DNA from: Octopus sinensis
Lineage: Eukaryota
Length of the DNA stretch: 64,000 bases
Direction of reading: 5' to 3'
NCBI RefSeq assembly: GCF_006345805.1
Contig: NC_042999.1
Span: 29,698,001-29,762,000 of the forward strand
The notes under the pieces: model-generated
Database searches by the model: none
Told to the model about the DNA's origin: nothing
Seen by the model: the letters and a program-made list of their open reading frames with translations, nothing else
Position numbers and translations under genes: made by a program
In this document: positions 40,559 through 53,566 of the stretch, one piece after another
Layout: each line of letters starts with the position of its first letter
Position numbering within the stretch: the first letter of the stretch is position 1

Positions 40559-40741
40559 GGCGTAGGAGTGGCTGTGTGGTAAATAGCTTGCTTACCGACC
40601 ACATGCTTCCAGGTTCAGTCCCACTGTGTGGCACCTTGGGAAAATGTCTTCTGCTATAGTCTCGGGCCAACCGAAGACTTGTGAATGGATTTGGCAGGCG
40701 GAAACTTAAAGAAGCCCGTTGTATATATGTATATATATATA

Positions 40742-40806
<65 letters not shown>

Positions 40807-41038
40807 TGTGTGTGTGTATCTCTGTGTGTCTGTGTTTGTCCCCCCGACATCGCTTGACAACCGATGCTGGTGTGTTTACGTCCCCGTAACTTAGCGGTTC
40901 AGCAAAAGATTTCGATAGAATAAGTACAGGCTTAGAAAGAATAAATCCTGGGGTCGATTCGTTCGACTAAAAGTCGGTGCTCCAGCATGGCCACAACCAA
41001 ATGGCTGAAACAACTAACGATTAAAATAGTAAAAGAGT
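40559..41038 (+). mobile_element. SINE family A, full-length
   Basis: Same head, internal microsatellite and tail as 28306-28706. Confidence 0.85.
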
Positions 41039-41244
41039 ATTCATAATTAAAATATCATTAACCTTTAGATTTTCCAAATTTGTGTATTTTTGCCAATGAG
41101 AAGCAAGTATTTTACATATCACGGTGGCGAAGATTTCAATATTTCATAGTATCCAAAGCAAAGAAGCACCATGTGCTGCATAGCTAATTGCGAAGAATTA
41201 TTTCCGTTGTAGCCAAAGACGCTGCGCAAGCGCACACTGCGCTG

Positions 41245-41430
41245 GATTTATAAACTCTAAAGATGGGAGTCACACAACAAATTGAAAGTACCTGGGCATC
41301 TTTAAAACATGGAAACAAACATTGGTGGGGGACACCGTTCCATAGTTGACTCTTATCGTTGTGAATATATGTGGAGTAGGAGATACGAGAAAGATAATTT
41401 ATTTTTAAAAATCTTGGAGTGTATTCCAAA
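41245..41430 (+). mobile_element. Merlin / IS1595(ISXO2)-like transposase C-terminal relic
   Basis: FINSKDGSH-TQQIESTWASLK..NK.WWGT and VDSYRCEYMWSRRYEKDNLFLKILECI match HTQxIESxW..K and SYLxEFMWRR motifs. Confidence 0.7.
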
Positions 41431-42215
41431 TTTTCTTTCTTGAATTTTTGAACTAATAGATGTCTATTTTAAATAATGACTTGACACGCATCAACCCACC
41501 CCCGTCAATGATGGAAGAGGCAGCCACCGCGCTGTTTTCTGACTGGCTGAAAATTCTGAAAATTATCAAACGTTGAACATCTGTAATATTTTTGCAAAAT
41601 TTTTCTGAAATAAATGAATAACAAATTTGGCTTCAGTGTCAAACATTACATCTATATGCTTCGTTAAAATATTTGTTTCAAAGCCAATTGTAAACAGTGA
41701 CGAAATCTGCAAATATTAATTTTTGTCCCCTGGAATTCAAAATAGTCCCGATATGTGGTTTCAGTAGCAGGAAGCAAATGGTTATACTGCAAGAGAGGCA
41801 ATAGAGTTGCCGAAGAAATGTTTTGGAGAAAGAATCAACTCGCGCTACCGCAATTTCAAGTGGCAAGTGCATTACTCAAACTTGACCAGCCCTGACTTGA
41901 GGGGGAACATGAAGACATATGAGAACAAACCAGAAACCCTGAAGCAATCAATGGAGAAATCAAGGAATGGATCCTGAATGCTTTGCAGCAGTCACAGAAT
42001 ATATTTGTAAAGGAGACAGATGTGTATAGCTGAAAATTGATGCCTATTTTTAAAGATGTCCATTTTTATATGTAATTCAGAGTTTGGATGAAGAAGACTG
42101 GCGCAAATTAATTCCCATTATATCCTCTTTACTGAATTAATGTTTTATACATCTATTTGTAACGAAGAGTTATTGGAAATTAAAACCCTCAGTCACTTTT
42201 TGGCCACCTTTTATG

Positions 42216-42255
<40 letters not shown>

Positions 42256-42256
<1 letters not shown>

Positions 42257-42513
42257 TCTCTTTTACTCTTTTACTTGTTTCAGTCATTTGACTGCGGCCA
42301 TGCTGGAGCACCGCCTTTAATCGAGCAACTCGACCCCGGGACTTATTCTTTGTAAGTCCAGTACTTAATATATCGGTGTCTTTTGCTGAACCGCTATGTG
42401 ACGGGGATATAAACATACAAGCATTGGGTGTCAAGCAATGCTAGGGGAACAAACACTGAACCCGGAACCATGTGGTTGGTAAACAAGCTACTTACTACAC
42501 AGTCACTCCTGCG

Positions 42514-42515
<2 letters not shown>
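42256..42515 (-). mobile_element. SINE family A, internally deleted
   Basis: Head (..CCGGGTTCAGT) is fused directly to the tail (GTTTGTTCCCC..); middle and microsatellite are missing. Confidence 0.8.
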
Positions 42516-42566
<51 letters not shown>

Positions 42567-42662
42567 TATATATATATTTATGTATGTATGTATGTATGTA
42601 TGTATGTATGTATGTATGTATAAATGTATGTATGTATGCATGTATGTATGTATGTATATCTA

Positions 42663-43100
42663 CAGTGTGCGGTGAATAAATTGTCGTCAAATTTAAGCTA
42701 AAATGAAATTAACACTGATATGTCATTATAACAGATATATAAGTTACATAAAAAAACATTTTGAAAAGAAAAAACTAAATGCATTCAATAAAATCGCCTT
42801 TGTCTTCAACTAATGCCTCCAAACGACTACGGATTCTTCTGGGTAGTTTCCTTGTTTAAGTTAGGGAATGCTGCCATCGGTCTCACATGGTGTTTTGCTG
42901 CGTCTCACACAACTGCGCCCAAAGCATGATAAACAAGTGAATACCAGTGTGTGATGTTAAGTTGCCAGATGTTAGGGGCAATGTGGTCGCAAAAAAATTA
43001 TGACTATCATGACAGGGTTGTTGTACGTGTGTGGCATGGTGAAATCTCCTGTTGCAAGATATAGGGTCTTCAAGTAATCAATCTTGTGGTCTGGAGCAGC
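42663..43100 (-). mobile_element. Tc1-like transposon 3' relic
   Basis: TA|CAGTG terminus at 42663. Minus-strand translation PYILQQEISPCHT, FCDHIAPNIW, RSRLEALVEDKGDFIE. Confidence 0.7.
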
Positions 43101-43579
43101 ATTATTTCCCCCATTTTATAACACATAACCCCTTGTATTTTGCATTTTATATCTATTCTTATTTATATGTATAACCGAATATATTATGTGCTACATACTC
43201 AATTATGTCTTCTGTAACAATAATAATATTTTTATGCATTCTTTTTTCGCACGGAGGAGAACAGAAATATGTAATTAATTTAATTGTAATTAAATTAATT
43301 TCTAATTTTCCCTACCATATTATTTACGATCATATGCATGGATCATATGTATGGATTAAATTCTTTTAAAAATTTCTAACATCTCTTCTCCATATTTAGT
43401 ATTTTGCTGAGCTTCTATAGGCTGCTTATTCTAAATATTCTCATAACACACCATATTCGTATAGCGATTTCATATACCAGTAAGATACAAATGAAATATG
43501 AAGAATCCTTAATAGAAATCGACCTATGGATCCCTACAAAAATAAAGGATGAAATAGAACTCAACATGTTCACCCCCCC

Positions 43580-43618
<39 letters not shown>

Positions 43619-43754
43619 ATATTAATAAAAAGAATTCCAACCTTGTCTGATTTTCACGTTTTATTTACAATCTTATAATGATATATTATAAGATAATATA
43701 TTATAATTGAATAAAATAAAATGAAATAGTAGAATGTTAAATATTCATTCTGAT

Positions 43755-43799
43755 TGAACTAGTACTTTCATGCATTGAATTCTGCAATCTTCGGGTTCA
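43755..43799 (-). ncRNA. Minimal type I hammerhead motif (CCGAAGA core) in the PLE pLTR
   Basis: Minus strand: UGAAC-CCGAAGA-U UGCA(GAAUUCAA)UGCA U-GAAA-GUAC-UA-GUUCA. Palindromic stem III AGUACU; same strand as the PLE ORF. Confidence 0.7.
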
Positions 43800-43864
43800 T
43801 GTAGTAGTGTTGACAGTCATGCTTCACAATTTTTGACTGTAGCAAGAGATGATTGATTCTGTGC

Positions 43865-43978
43865 TATAAATACAGCTGGGTAGGCTCCAGAGTGCTAGGT
43901 TTTGCAAACTGTATTCTGACCAATCAGTGTGTAGTATCACTCAATTACTTAAGCTGATTGGTTGGTTGAGCTGATTGG
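43865..43978 (-). promoter_or_regulatory. Promoter-like module in the PLE pLTR
   Basis: Three CCAATCAG boxes (43920-43927, 43954-43961, 43971-43978) and a TATAAATA/TATTTATA box (43865-43872), ~65 nt upstream of the hammerhead on the element's sense strand. Confidence 0.45.
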
Positions 43979-44301
43979 TTTAGGCGTCACGCTTTGTTGG
44001 ACATGTCAAGAGTCCTGTATCTTGACCCTGGCCGAAGCAGCAATTGTTGGGTTTTTTTTAGAAATGTTGTAAATATCCTTTGTCAGAGATTTTTATATTT
44101 TTATATTTCAATTGTCATCATCATCATTGTCAGCACCTTAATTATTGTTGCTAGTGGTGATGGTTATGGCAATAGAACTTTTAACCCTAAATAAGATAAT
44201 TTTCCTGCTATCTTCGTCTTGATCACCTTTAGTATTGTTGTTGTTGTTAGTGGTCATGGTCGTAGCAGTGGAAGTAATACCTCTAAGTATTATTATTATT
44301 A

Positions 44302-44886
44302 TTATTGCTTATTTAGCTTGGGTTCGAATTTATCAATAAAATTCTTTTCTCTGATTTCCCTCTCGATTTCACTTGGGCTGTGTAATTTGTAGAATGGAAA
44401 TATTATATATATTTTCCGACCACATGTTGCTAGGTGGTTACTCAAAGGTATCTGACGGACCTCTGGGTCTCTAATCTGTTGCCGGTGTACACGTGAGCGT
44501 TCTAATAGTGCGTTTCCCGTCTGACCTACATATATTTCTTCACAATTTGGGCATTTGATGCAGTAAATTAAATTTCTGCTTTTGCAGTTCATATTCGCGT
44601 TTGTGAATATTTTCCCGGTTTTTGTGTTTATATATTGACCGGTATGTATGAATTGGCATGTGCCACATCGGCTATCATTGCATTTAGATACCGTGAATGT
44701 TTGGTCTTTGTTGCTGAGGTCAAATTTTGCCTTTGTTAGTAATGTTTTCAAGTTTTTAGGCTGTCTTTTACTAAGCACCATAGCTCGATCCGTGATTATG
44801 TCTTTTAATTCATTACTTTGGGCAATGATTGGTAGGTTTGCTTTGGCAATGTTGAAGATATTCTGGTGACATGGGTTGTGTGTCAC
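44302..44886 (-). CDS. GIY-YIG endonuclease portion of the PLE ORF (194-aa open segment)
   Basis: Uninterrupted domain with IYCI..YVGQT, the catalytic R and the ExxFI..L N C-terminal motif; part of a broken polyprotein. Confidence 0.8.
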   Translation of the reverse strand: MTHNPCHQNIFNIAKANLPIIAQSNELKDIITDRAMVLSKRQPKNLKTLLTKAKFDLSNKDQTFTVSKCNDSRCGTCQFIHTGQYINTKTGKIFTNANMNCKSRNLIYCIKCPNCEEIYVGQTGNALLERSRVHRQQIRDPEVRQIPLSNHLATCGRKIYIIFPFYKLHSPSEIEREIREKNFIDKFEPKLNKQ

Positions 44887-47800
44887 TATGAATGGTATGA
44901 CTTGTTCTTGTTTTCCTCTTCCTTGGGTTGTCCTAAGTTGTTGTATAGGTATTTTTTATAGCCCGCTGTATGCCATTTTCTATAAGTAGAGATGGGTATT
45001 TGTTTGAGCAAAAATTCTCTTAGTTCTATTAGGCGTTTGTTCCTGATATTTGCATCTTCTACAATAGTACAAATTCTTCTGGCTAGGCAGTATGGGATGT
45101 TACGTTTTGTATGTGGTGGATGGCACGACTTAAAATTTAGGTATTGATGTGTGTCTGTGTGTTTATAGTATATATCTGTGGTGATGGTGGTGTCTTTTTT
45201 AATTACCATTATATCCAGGAATGGTAATTTGGTACTACTCATCTCCTTTGTAAATTGGAGAGATGGGTGTAGGTTGTTCAGGAGGATATTGAACTCTTCC
45301 AGAGTATTTAGAGATTCTGTCCAGATTATGAAACAGTCGTCTAGGTATCTCTTCATGCCTTTTCAATATACTTTCTAACCCAGTGCCATAGTTTACCTCC
45401 TCCACCTCTTGGTAGAGTTGTTCTTCTAAGTATCCCATTACAGAGTTGGCGTAAACGGGAGCAAACCTCGTTCCCATCGCCGTGCCTCTAATTTGGATGT
45501 AATTCTTTCCATTGAAGAAGAATGTGTTATTTTCTAGAATAAGCTTGACTGTGTCTAATATAAAGGCACTGTGAATCTGCTGGGAATCACTTCTCTATGT
45601 TTTTCTAACCAGTATTTAATCGCCTTTATTCCTAAATCGTGTGGAATATTGGTGTAGAGGCTTACCACATCAAAACTTAGTAAAACTGAATTTGTTTCTG
45701 TTGTTTTGGGAAGATGGGACAGGAAGTCGATGTCATCCCTGATGAAACTTGGTATGTAAGTACATAGTGGTTTCAAAACAATGTCAATAAAATTGCTTAG
45801 ACGGTGTGTAGGGCATGCTGGACCAGCTATAATAGGTCTAAGTTTTAGGTCTTTTGGATGTAATAATTTTATGTACTCACTTTCTTGTTCTTTTACTGCC
45901 TGTTGAATGTTTTTGATTTGTGTATTTTTGGTAAGCCGTAGAAGTTGCTGGGTTTTGGTTCAAAATTGGTGATGTAGTCTTTTTCATTATCCGTAAGTGA
46001 GTTGTGGTGTGTTGAAATCAGGTTGTTGATCTTTTTCATGATGTGATGGTCTATATTTGCGGGTATTTCACAATAGAAGGTTGTATCCTTCAGTTGGTCT
46101 TCAACCAAATCCTTATAGTATTCGGTATCCATAATAACAATTGCACCACCTTTATCTGCTTGTTTAATTATTATTGTTTGATCGTTTTGTATACGTTTAC
46201 ATGCAGACATCTCTGATTTGCTAATGTTTGGCCTAACATTGGTATTGCGTCTAAGGGGAAATTTAGACAGGATATCAATGTATTGGTCAAGGTAGTTATA
46301 TATATATATATGCATATATATGTATGTATTGTGAGGTGAATGTATTAATAGGCGTGAGTGGCAAAGGAAAGGAAATATATGAGAGAAATTCTAGTTGGCT
46401 AAGAGTTGTTTGGCACCACTTACTCAAATGAAGTCTGCAAAATTAATCTCATATGTACTAAGAACAATGCCACGTTAGCAGCAGAAAACATTCAAGGAAT
46501 TATCGACCATTGTTACAGCAATAGTAAAGATGCTTGCATTAGCAAGTGACGGAGTATACCTAGCACCGCTATCCAACAATAGCAATAAGGCAAATTTAAC
46601 CGCGTAGCATTGATTGTTAAAAGTCTTTAGTGGTGTGAATAACTATATTGAAGCTTCTGGTGGTGATGAAGACAAGAACGAATATAACTGGGGTAACAAT
46701 CATTGCCAATGTTAGTGAAGCTGACAATAACGATCGTGGTAATATTGTGTTTAATAATAACAGAAGCGTATGCGATGGTGGTGAACGGCTCATATAAACT
46801 ATCGTGTAAACCAGTGAGAAGAGCATTAAATCACTTATGTAGGCCACGAAGTTAGATTATATCAGGATGTGTTTACGGAAAGATGACAAGTATGTACGTT
46901 CAGCCTGATGTGGAAGGTATAGTTCGTAGGAATCTCTAAGTTTGGAAAACTGTAGCTGGTAAGTAGACTGGTAACGCAACTGATCATGTGGAAGACAGGG
47001 CTGTGAAATATTGTTCAGATGTGTTGTTCAAGGTTCTTCTACTTTTTTCGACGAACAAACCTTCTCAAATGCCCTGCAACGAGTAGACGTTCTCCAGAAA
47101 TTTTCTATGCGTATAGCCTAACGGACACCAGTGTTTCTCTCCTTCACATGAGGTATCTTCCTGAACGAGGTGTTAGACGAATGTATCTTCTCTTTCTCGG
47201 GTCGGTTGCCTTAGATACTTGTCGATAAAATGACTGTTGATTCCAATGATTTAGATTAGGTTCATTCGTTTAGCCCTGCCAACGTAAGCGCGATATCATT
47301 TTCTATGTAGCTGGCTAGAAGTTGTTAAACATGTCATATTCGGATCCTTTATCTTCGAACTCCGCTTCGATTTTCACACATCCGTAATTTTTAATACTAA
47401 GTGAAGAAAGAGGAATCCATCATTGTCTAGTGTTTTGTTGTGAACTATTTGTCCAAGTTTCGGTTACTGAAGCTCTTCAGTGTGTTTTACAGGCTCCTCA
47501 ATGGAATATATAAACAAGAGGATTCAATCAATCCATGTAGCAAACAATGATCACAAGAGGCTGATTTTAAGTTCTTTGCACTTTATCCGGATCAAGTGAT
47601 AAGTAGCCAATTGGTCTGCAAGTAGGAAAATCCTATGTGAAACAGAACAACGTCTTCATGATACCCAAAGTTGTCTGTGGATTTTGATGGATGTGTGTGC
47701 GAGGCTGTTGAGCTAAGATCGGATAAATTTACACATCACGTTTTCAAGTTGATAACGAAGAGAGTGGACACCGAGATGCCGAAAAAGTAACGTTCAGGAC

Positions 47801-50800
47801 TAAAAGATGTTATGATGACAAACGTATATCGAGTCTCCGTAACTGTATACATTGGATGAACTCCCGAAATAATGACGTGATCTGGAAAAGGTAAAGGTAA
47901 ATATCAGTGTGTTCTCGAATTGTATTACGACAATTTGTAAGATGACATTTCGATACTTCAGACTTTGGGTTTGATCGAATGCTAGAATGCATGAATTCTA
48001 CAGTTACGCAGTAAAGTACCTTTTACTCCTTTCTGGAAGTTTACACAAGCTGCAGATATCTACATATATGTTACTGATGGGGTCATCCATGCGATTGTAA
48101 TAACTCCACTTGTTTTAGTGCCACTAATTTTAGTCTGCTAAGATTTCTACCCTAATCTATTCTATATACCCTGCATAACTACAAAAAATTATTTCATTTT
48201 ATGTGAAAGGAGATAGGGAGATATAGTGATGTAATTGTTCTTAAGATGAAGGGCTGTCATGGAGAAATATTGTGGATGGAGGAACTGGCGCAGTTCAGGA
48301 AGATGAAGAATAAGGTTTTTTCCAACCTGACAAATTCACTATACAGGTTGCTGGTTGGGTGTGGTTGAAGTTTGATGTTGAAGTGATAGGAAAACGATTC
48401 ATGAAAAATGGAATGGGTGTTCTTAAATGATACCAGCTGAAACAGATGTCCAATGCTGATACACCTGTTACACTTTAATGAAATAAATCGGTAATTTTCT
48501 GTTCCCCAACTTGAAGCAATGAGGCATATGCAATGCAGTATATGAAAACAGTGCAGTACACATATTCTCGAAGTGCGCAAATGGATTATTAATACTAAAT
48601 AAATGAGTACTATATTTGTATACAAGATTATCCTACAATACATTATGCGTTTCAGATCAATTACTTATGGTATTCTTGAAAATCTTACAAAAGTATATAA
48701 TGTTCAAAACAGGAATGAAAAAGTATGGGGTTAACAGTTGTCTATTATAATATTGTGTCACATGATATATAAGCAACATCTTATTGCATGAAAAGTTTTA
48801 AACAATACTAATCAAGTATAATGGTAAATAATTCTCTAGAATCTTGCTCGCGTAAAATGTGCCTTTAATGTGTAATTTAGCAGGTCTTGATATTTCTTGG
48901 AGAATACTAAAGCGGTTTGGGAATTTTAATCATGAGCTGTAAACTGGAAAAAGCATATTTCCGTCCAGTTGAAATTGCGGAGGGATTATATACGAGTATA
49001 AAATTGTTGTTGTTTATACTACATTGAATCACACAAATGGCTAAAATAGTTGTTACCTTACTAAGGAAAGCAAGAACAGATCTTACAAAGCAAAATTTTT
49101 ATAAGATTGATCTTTAGCTTCACTAGGGAGATAAATGCAATTAAAGCTACACGAAATTCATAACGCAGATCAAACCTTAAGAAAATGTGTTAGTAATGCT
49201 ATTATTATCATTATGCATCAAGCTTCAGGTCAATCAGTAACGGGCTACAACGGGTCATGCGCCGTTGCACCTCGTTACGGTATTCTACATTTCCTGTACT
49301 ATCTCGGGTGACTCAGGCACGATTATGTAAACTAATTCATAGCTACATAACAATATACATCTCTTTCCATAGAGAAAAGTAATATATAAAAAGAAAGCGT
49401 ACTCTCTCCCTTATGAGCTGTTATGACCAACAGGAGGCGGAGTTCAATTCTGGTATAGTAGAAATTGCTAGAAGTTAATAAATGTGTAGTTATTAGTATA
49501 ATGCAGATAAAATATTTTCGTTCCAACTCAGTAAATCTTAGCACCAACTGTATACCCGTACCGGTGCTAATTATAGCTGTACAATTTTGGCTCCAGTCAC
49601 TAGAAATATAGCCTATGTATTCTTGAATTTAAATTGAAATGTTTCAAAGATCTCTGCAGAAAAAATTGTAACGTACATTCTTATCTTAAGAACAAAGAAA
49701 ATGATGGTCATTACTCGATTGCTTTCGGGATAAGTTTTCACCGAACTCTGTCTTTTGGCTAGTTTCAGTATCATCACTACCTTCAGCAGCATGAGCAGCA
49801 ATAGCATCGATTTGTGCCAATCACGTAAAGCAAAACACAATGTGAATAAATCTAACAATATTATTTAATTATATACCATTGTATTGCTGTTTAGACATCA
49901 TTTTTCTTATCCAGTCAAGCCTTTTACAATATGTTATAAACGAGTTAAAATTAGTTTGAATTAAGGGTACGTTACTATAGTATACGTAAAAAGAAGGAAA
50001 TCAATGAAATTTCAAAGAATATTTTGATGATGTAAAATTCAGTAAACTTTTAAAAATTCCGATTTGTATTTTTCCAATATTTCTTCTAAATCCATGCAAT
50101 ATAAGTTAAAATCGCGCCGAAATCAAATCATCCTTCATCATTTCTGCTCCTTTAAAGGAGAAAAATATCGAATGTGGTGATCTGCATAAATTTTAGAAAC
50201 TTCGAGAACATATTTTTTTCTCTGATTGCGTAGTTTCTAGACATCTGTGCACGTGCAACGAACACGCCTTCAAATATCCGACAAACATACATCTTCTAAA
50301 TAATTCCTAAAGTTATACAGCGTATAAATTATATACTGATAGTGCATATCTCAGTGTACTTGTGTACATGAGACCGACTACATAGTCTATTGATTGCAAC
50401 AACTTTTTTTCGGTTTTAGCTATTATGAGTGTCAAAAGGAGGAGATTCACAACATGAAAAAAATGCAAGTTTAATCGCTGATTTTTCACTATTGAATATA
50501 TAAACAACGATACAATATAAGACTTCCGGTTAAGTGTTTCATCGCATATGTGATGTATAGCAAGTATGATAAAAGTGAAAGATAGAATATCCTGAAGACA
50601 TGAAATTTGCTTTTAATTCTTCCGAAAAGCGATAGAATGATGCACTACCTAACTGCTGGAATTGATAACATACTATATGCTACTCAAAAATCTATACTTG
50701 TAGGCCCGAATTAAGGATGAGTGTCGACTACAAATGTATCGATTCATCAAAGCAAAGAGAACAACTTTAATCTATTATGAAGATGACGTTGATAAGAATT

Positions 50801-51794
50801 TAATTGATGTAACATAGATTCAATTCCAAGAGAACACGTTATGATGTTTCATTCCTCATTATAAAGGGTTGATAGGGTATTTACTATCTTTTTACTACTG
50901 AGTGATCATCTCAAACCTGTTTATTTTGCGCAAAGTATGGAACAGGAAATGGGAACTGAAAGCCTGATCAATATAGTCATGACGTTATTATATTTGCAAT
51001 AACCAGCGGAGATCATAAAAGTGTAATCTTTCTCTCAATATAGCACAAGGGAAATGATACTGTGTAATTTATAGAGTAGCTTCCCAAAAGTGAATTGAGA
51101 TTTTTATACAAAATGCATCGTGTTTGAGTGGACGCAAAGCAAGAGCGCTAAAAGAATGGACAGGACACAAATATTAAGTGTTTAATATTTTTGATAGGGC
51201 GGTCAAACGGTAAGTAACGAACAGGAATTTCAGTTTCGTAGCGGAGAAAAGGCAGCATAATTTTATTTTTTAATAGCTGTTAAATTACTAAAGAGAACTA
51301 ATATTCTTTGGGTCACAATTACTGTCTCTCACAATTAATTACTATGTATTGTATTTCATTCAGTTTCTCATAACTTAGGGAAATTTAAATCTCTATAGAT
51401 AGTAAGTGATGCACAAAAACTCTGAGAGCTACGCATGCGTATGCTAAAGTATTCTCATGTGATTTTATGGAACAAAGTAAATACAAAATAACAAAAGAAT
51501 ACCAGAAAAATAACGTCAGAAAATTATATTCTGTATTCTGGTATATAATCCACTTCAACTAAAAACGTTTCGGTATTTAAGAAGAAAAAATACTTGTGTA
51601 GCATTTCTAATGTTTCACTGTAACAGCGTTCAGGAATCGGATTTCCATTCAACTACTCAAGGTGATGTTTCTCAGAACGAGATTTAATATTTCTTAAAGA
51701 GTATTTCGCTTCCTAAGGAAGCGTTAAAATTAAATAGGTTGATTAGAAATACGTTGAAAAAGTAAATGGTACTTATTTATGTTGCTATAAAGAC

Positions 51795-51866
<72 letters not shown>

Positions 51867-52689
51867 ATATATATATATGCATGCATACATACATATGTAT
51901 ATATACGTATATATATATAATATACATGTACACATACATACACTCACACATACACTCATACACACTCACACACTCATATATTTATATGTATATATATATA
52001 TGTTCTTACTGTGTATATCTACATATATAAAGAGACACACACGCATATTCATATTTCCATAAGTTACCTTATAACTCACTGATGTAAATAATTCAGCAAT
52101 TAGGAATAATATCGATTCAGTAAATTCAAAGTGTGTTTTACAATGCATATACACTAGGATTATTTTTATTCGCCTTCATTTGGGCAAAGAAAGTAAAACA
52201 ATCGAATATAATGGTCTAAATAAGTAATGAATTCAGAATAACTTTTGATTATGTTCCCTTTGCCTTTCAATTCTCTACAGTAATAAAAATACTTTTCAGT
52301 AAATAATGAAATCATTACTGAAAGTCGTGCCACTATAGTTTACAACTGAAATGCCTTAACAGGTACATATCTAAATATCTAAACCTTTGTGTTTCGCACA
52401 CACATGTACACATTTAATAATTTTGTTGGTGGGTTAACAAGGTTAGCAATGGTTTCATATGAAGCGATCTTTGCGATCGCTCAAGTGTGCCACGCGGAAT
52501 AATTGGTACTCGTCTCTAATTGAGAATATTCGATGCTGAACGCGATTTCCAAATAAATACACGGGTCACAGGTGACAATATATATAAAAATGACTTGTTT
52601 ATTATCCGATAAATTTCGTACTCCAACCTTGGTAAAGAAGTTTGTATATTCATATGTTCAGGAACATAAAGATTTTCAGTGGATTATAC

Positions 52690-53566
52690 TGTCATACATA
52701 TGTGCTCTGCATATCAATTTACGGAATCTATCATAAGTTCAAGGGGGTACGTGTCCTTTGGAGGTAGGAATGTTGGCCTACTTGAATTACGAGTGGGGTG
52801 GGGTCATTCGAATGCTGAAATGGTGTCGGTATTGCAACGGTCTCAGGCAATCTGTAAAAGATTGGTAAGGTGAAAAAGTTTGATAAATTGGTGCTGCATG
52901 AGCTCGATGAAAATCGGACTCTTCGGCGTTTTGAAGTGTGCTCGATACTCTTTCTGCGAAACAGTAATTTTCGTGACTTAATAGTCAGTTGAAACGAAAG
53001 GTTGGATCGTTCAGGCAAAAAGTGAAAAAGATTATAGGGATTTTTTGGTTGCATGTAATTGGCGTTGTCCTTACAGCTTTCTGGAAGTCAATAAGATCAT
53101 TACAGAAGAGGCTTACTGCAATCTAATCGCTGAAATGCATGCTCACTTGCAAACAATGAGGCCAGCATTGGTGACTCGGCGAGGCATAAATCTGCTCCAC
53201 GAAAATGCAAAGTCACATTTTGCAAAAATGTCGCTGCAGAAACCCACATATTTGGGATAAAAGCGTTTACTATATCCTCCATATTCTCCTGATCTTTCAC
53301 CCATGGACAACATTCTTTTAAGCAGTTAAACACGGTTTTAAGTGATAAGACTTTCAGGTATAAAACATTAGTGGAATCAGTTTTCAAAGATCTCTTAATA
53401 TCAAATTCAATAATCTTTTTATCAACAAGATATAAATAATCTCCTTGATCAATGGCAGAGAGATATTGATATTCACGGCTCATACTTAAACTAATCAAAA
53501 TATTAATTTTTCCAGAATACAATTGTTTCTGAAATCGGCCATTATTTTTCGGGAAAGAAATTATAC
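52690..53566 (+). mobile_element. Decayed mariner relic
   Basis: KFDKLVLHEL (WVPHEL-like), ITEEAYCNLI..RPALVTRRGINLLHENAKSH, YPPYSPDLSPMD. Confidence 0.85.

Larger units (their letters stand above)
40320..42212 (+). mobile_element. Fragmented Tc1/mariner-superfamily (WFQQDGAT-type) transposase relic with nested insertions
   Basis: 40320-40450: TVWCA..IIG.YF..TVTV.GKRYR. 41750-42212: WFQ-QEANGYTAREAIEL..FGERINSR..KWQVHYSNLT. SINE and Merlin pieces lie between. Confidence 0.6.
43740..46290 (-). mobile_element. Penelope-like retroelement (Neptune-like): RT + GIY-YIG endonuclease + 3' pLTR, frameshifted
   Basis: ORF pieces: IKQADKGG, YGLPKIHK, SFDVVSLYTNIP, MGTRFAP.YAN, RYLDDCF, LPFLD, YYKHTDTHQYL..SCHP; then CNDSRCGTC and NLIYCIKCPNCEEIYVGQTG..ERSRVH (GIY-YIG with CxxC) ending at the 44302 stop. 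Confidence 0.93.

Noticed and set aside
47421-47480. CTGAAGA..CCGAAAC on the minus strand near the PLE
   Set aside because: Stems I and II do not pair; CTGAAG-CT-CTTCAG is simply a short palindrome.
46860-47990. Possible 5' region of the Penelope-like element
   Set aside because: Looks like decayed coding DNA but has no motif firm enough to link it to the RT; left outside the element call.
48257-48643. 128-aa minus-strand ORF
   Set aside because: No recognisable domain or convincing splice sites; length attainable by chance.
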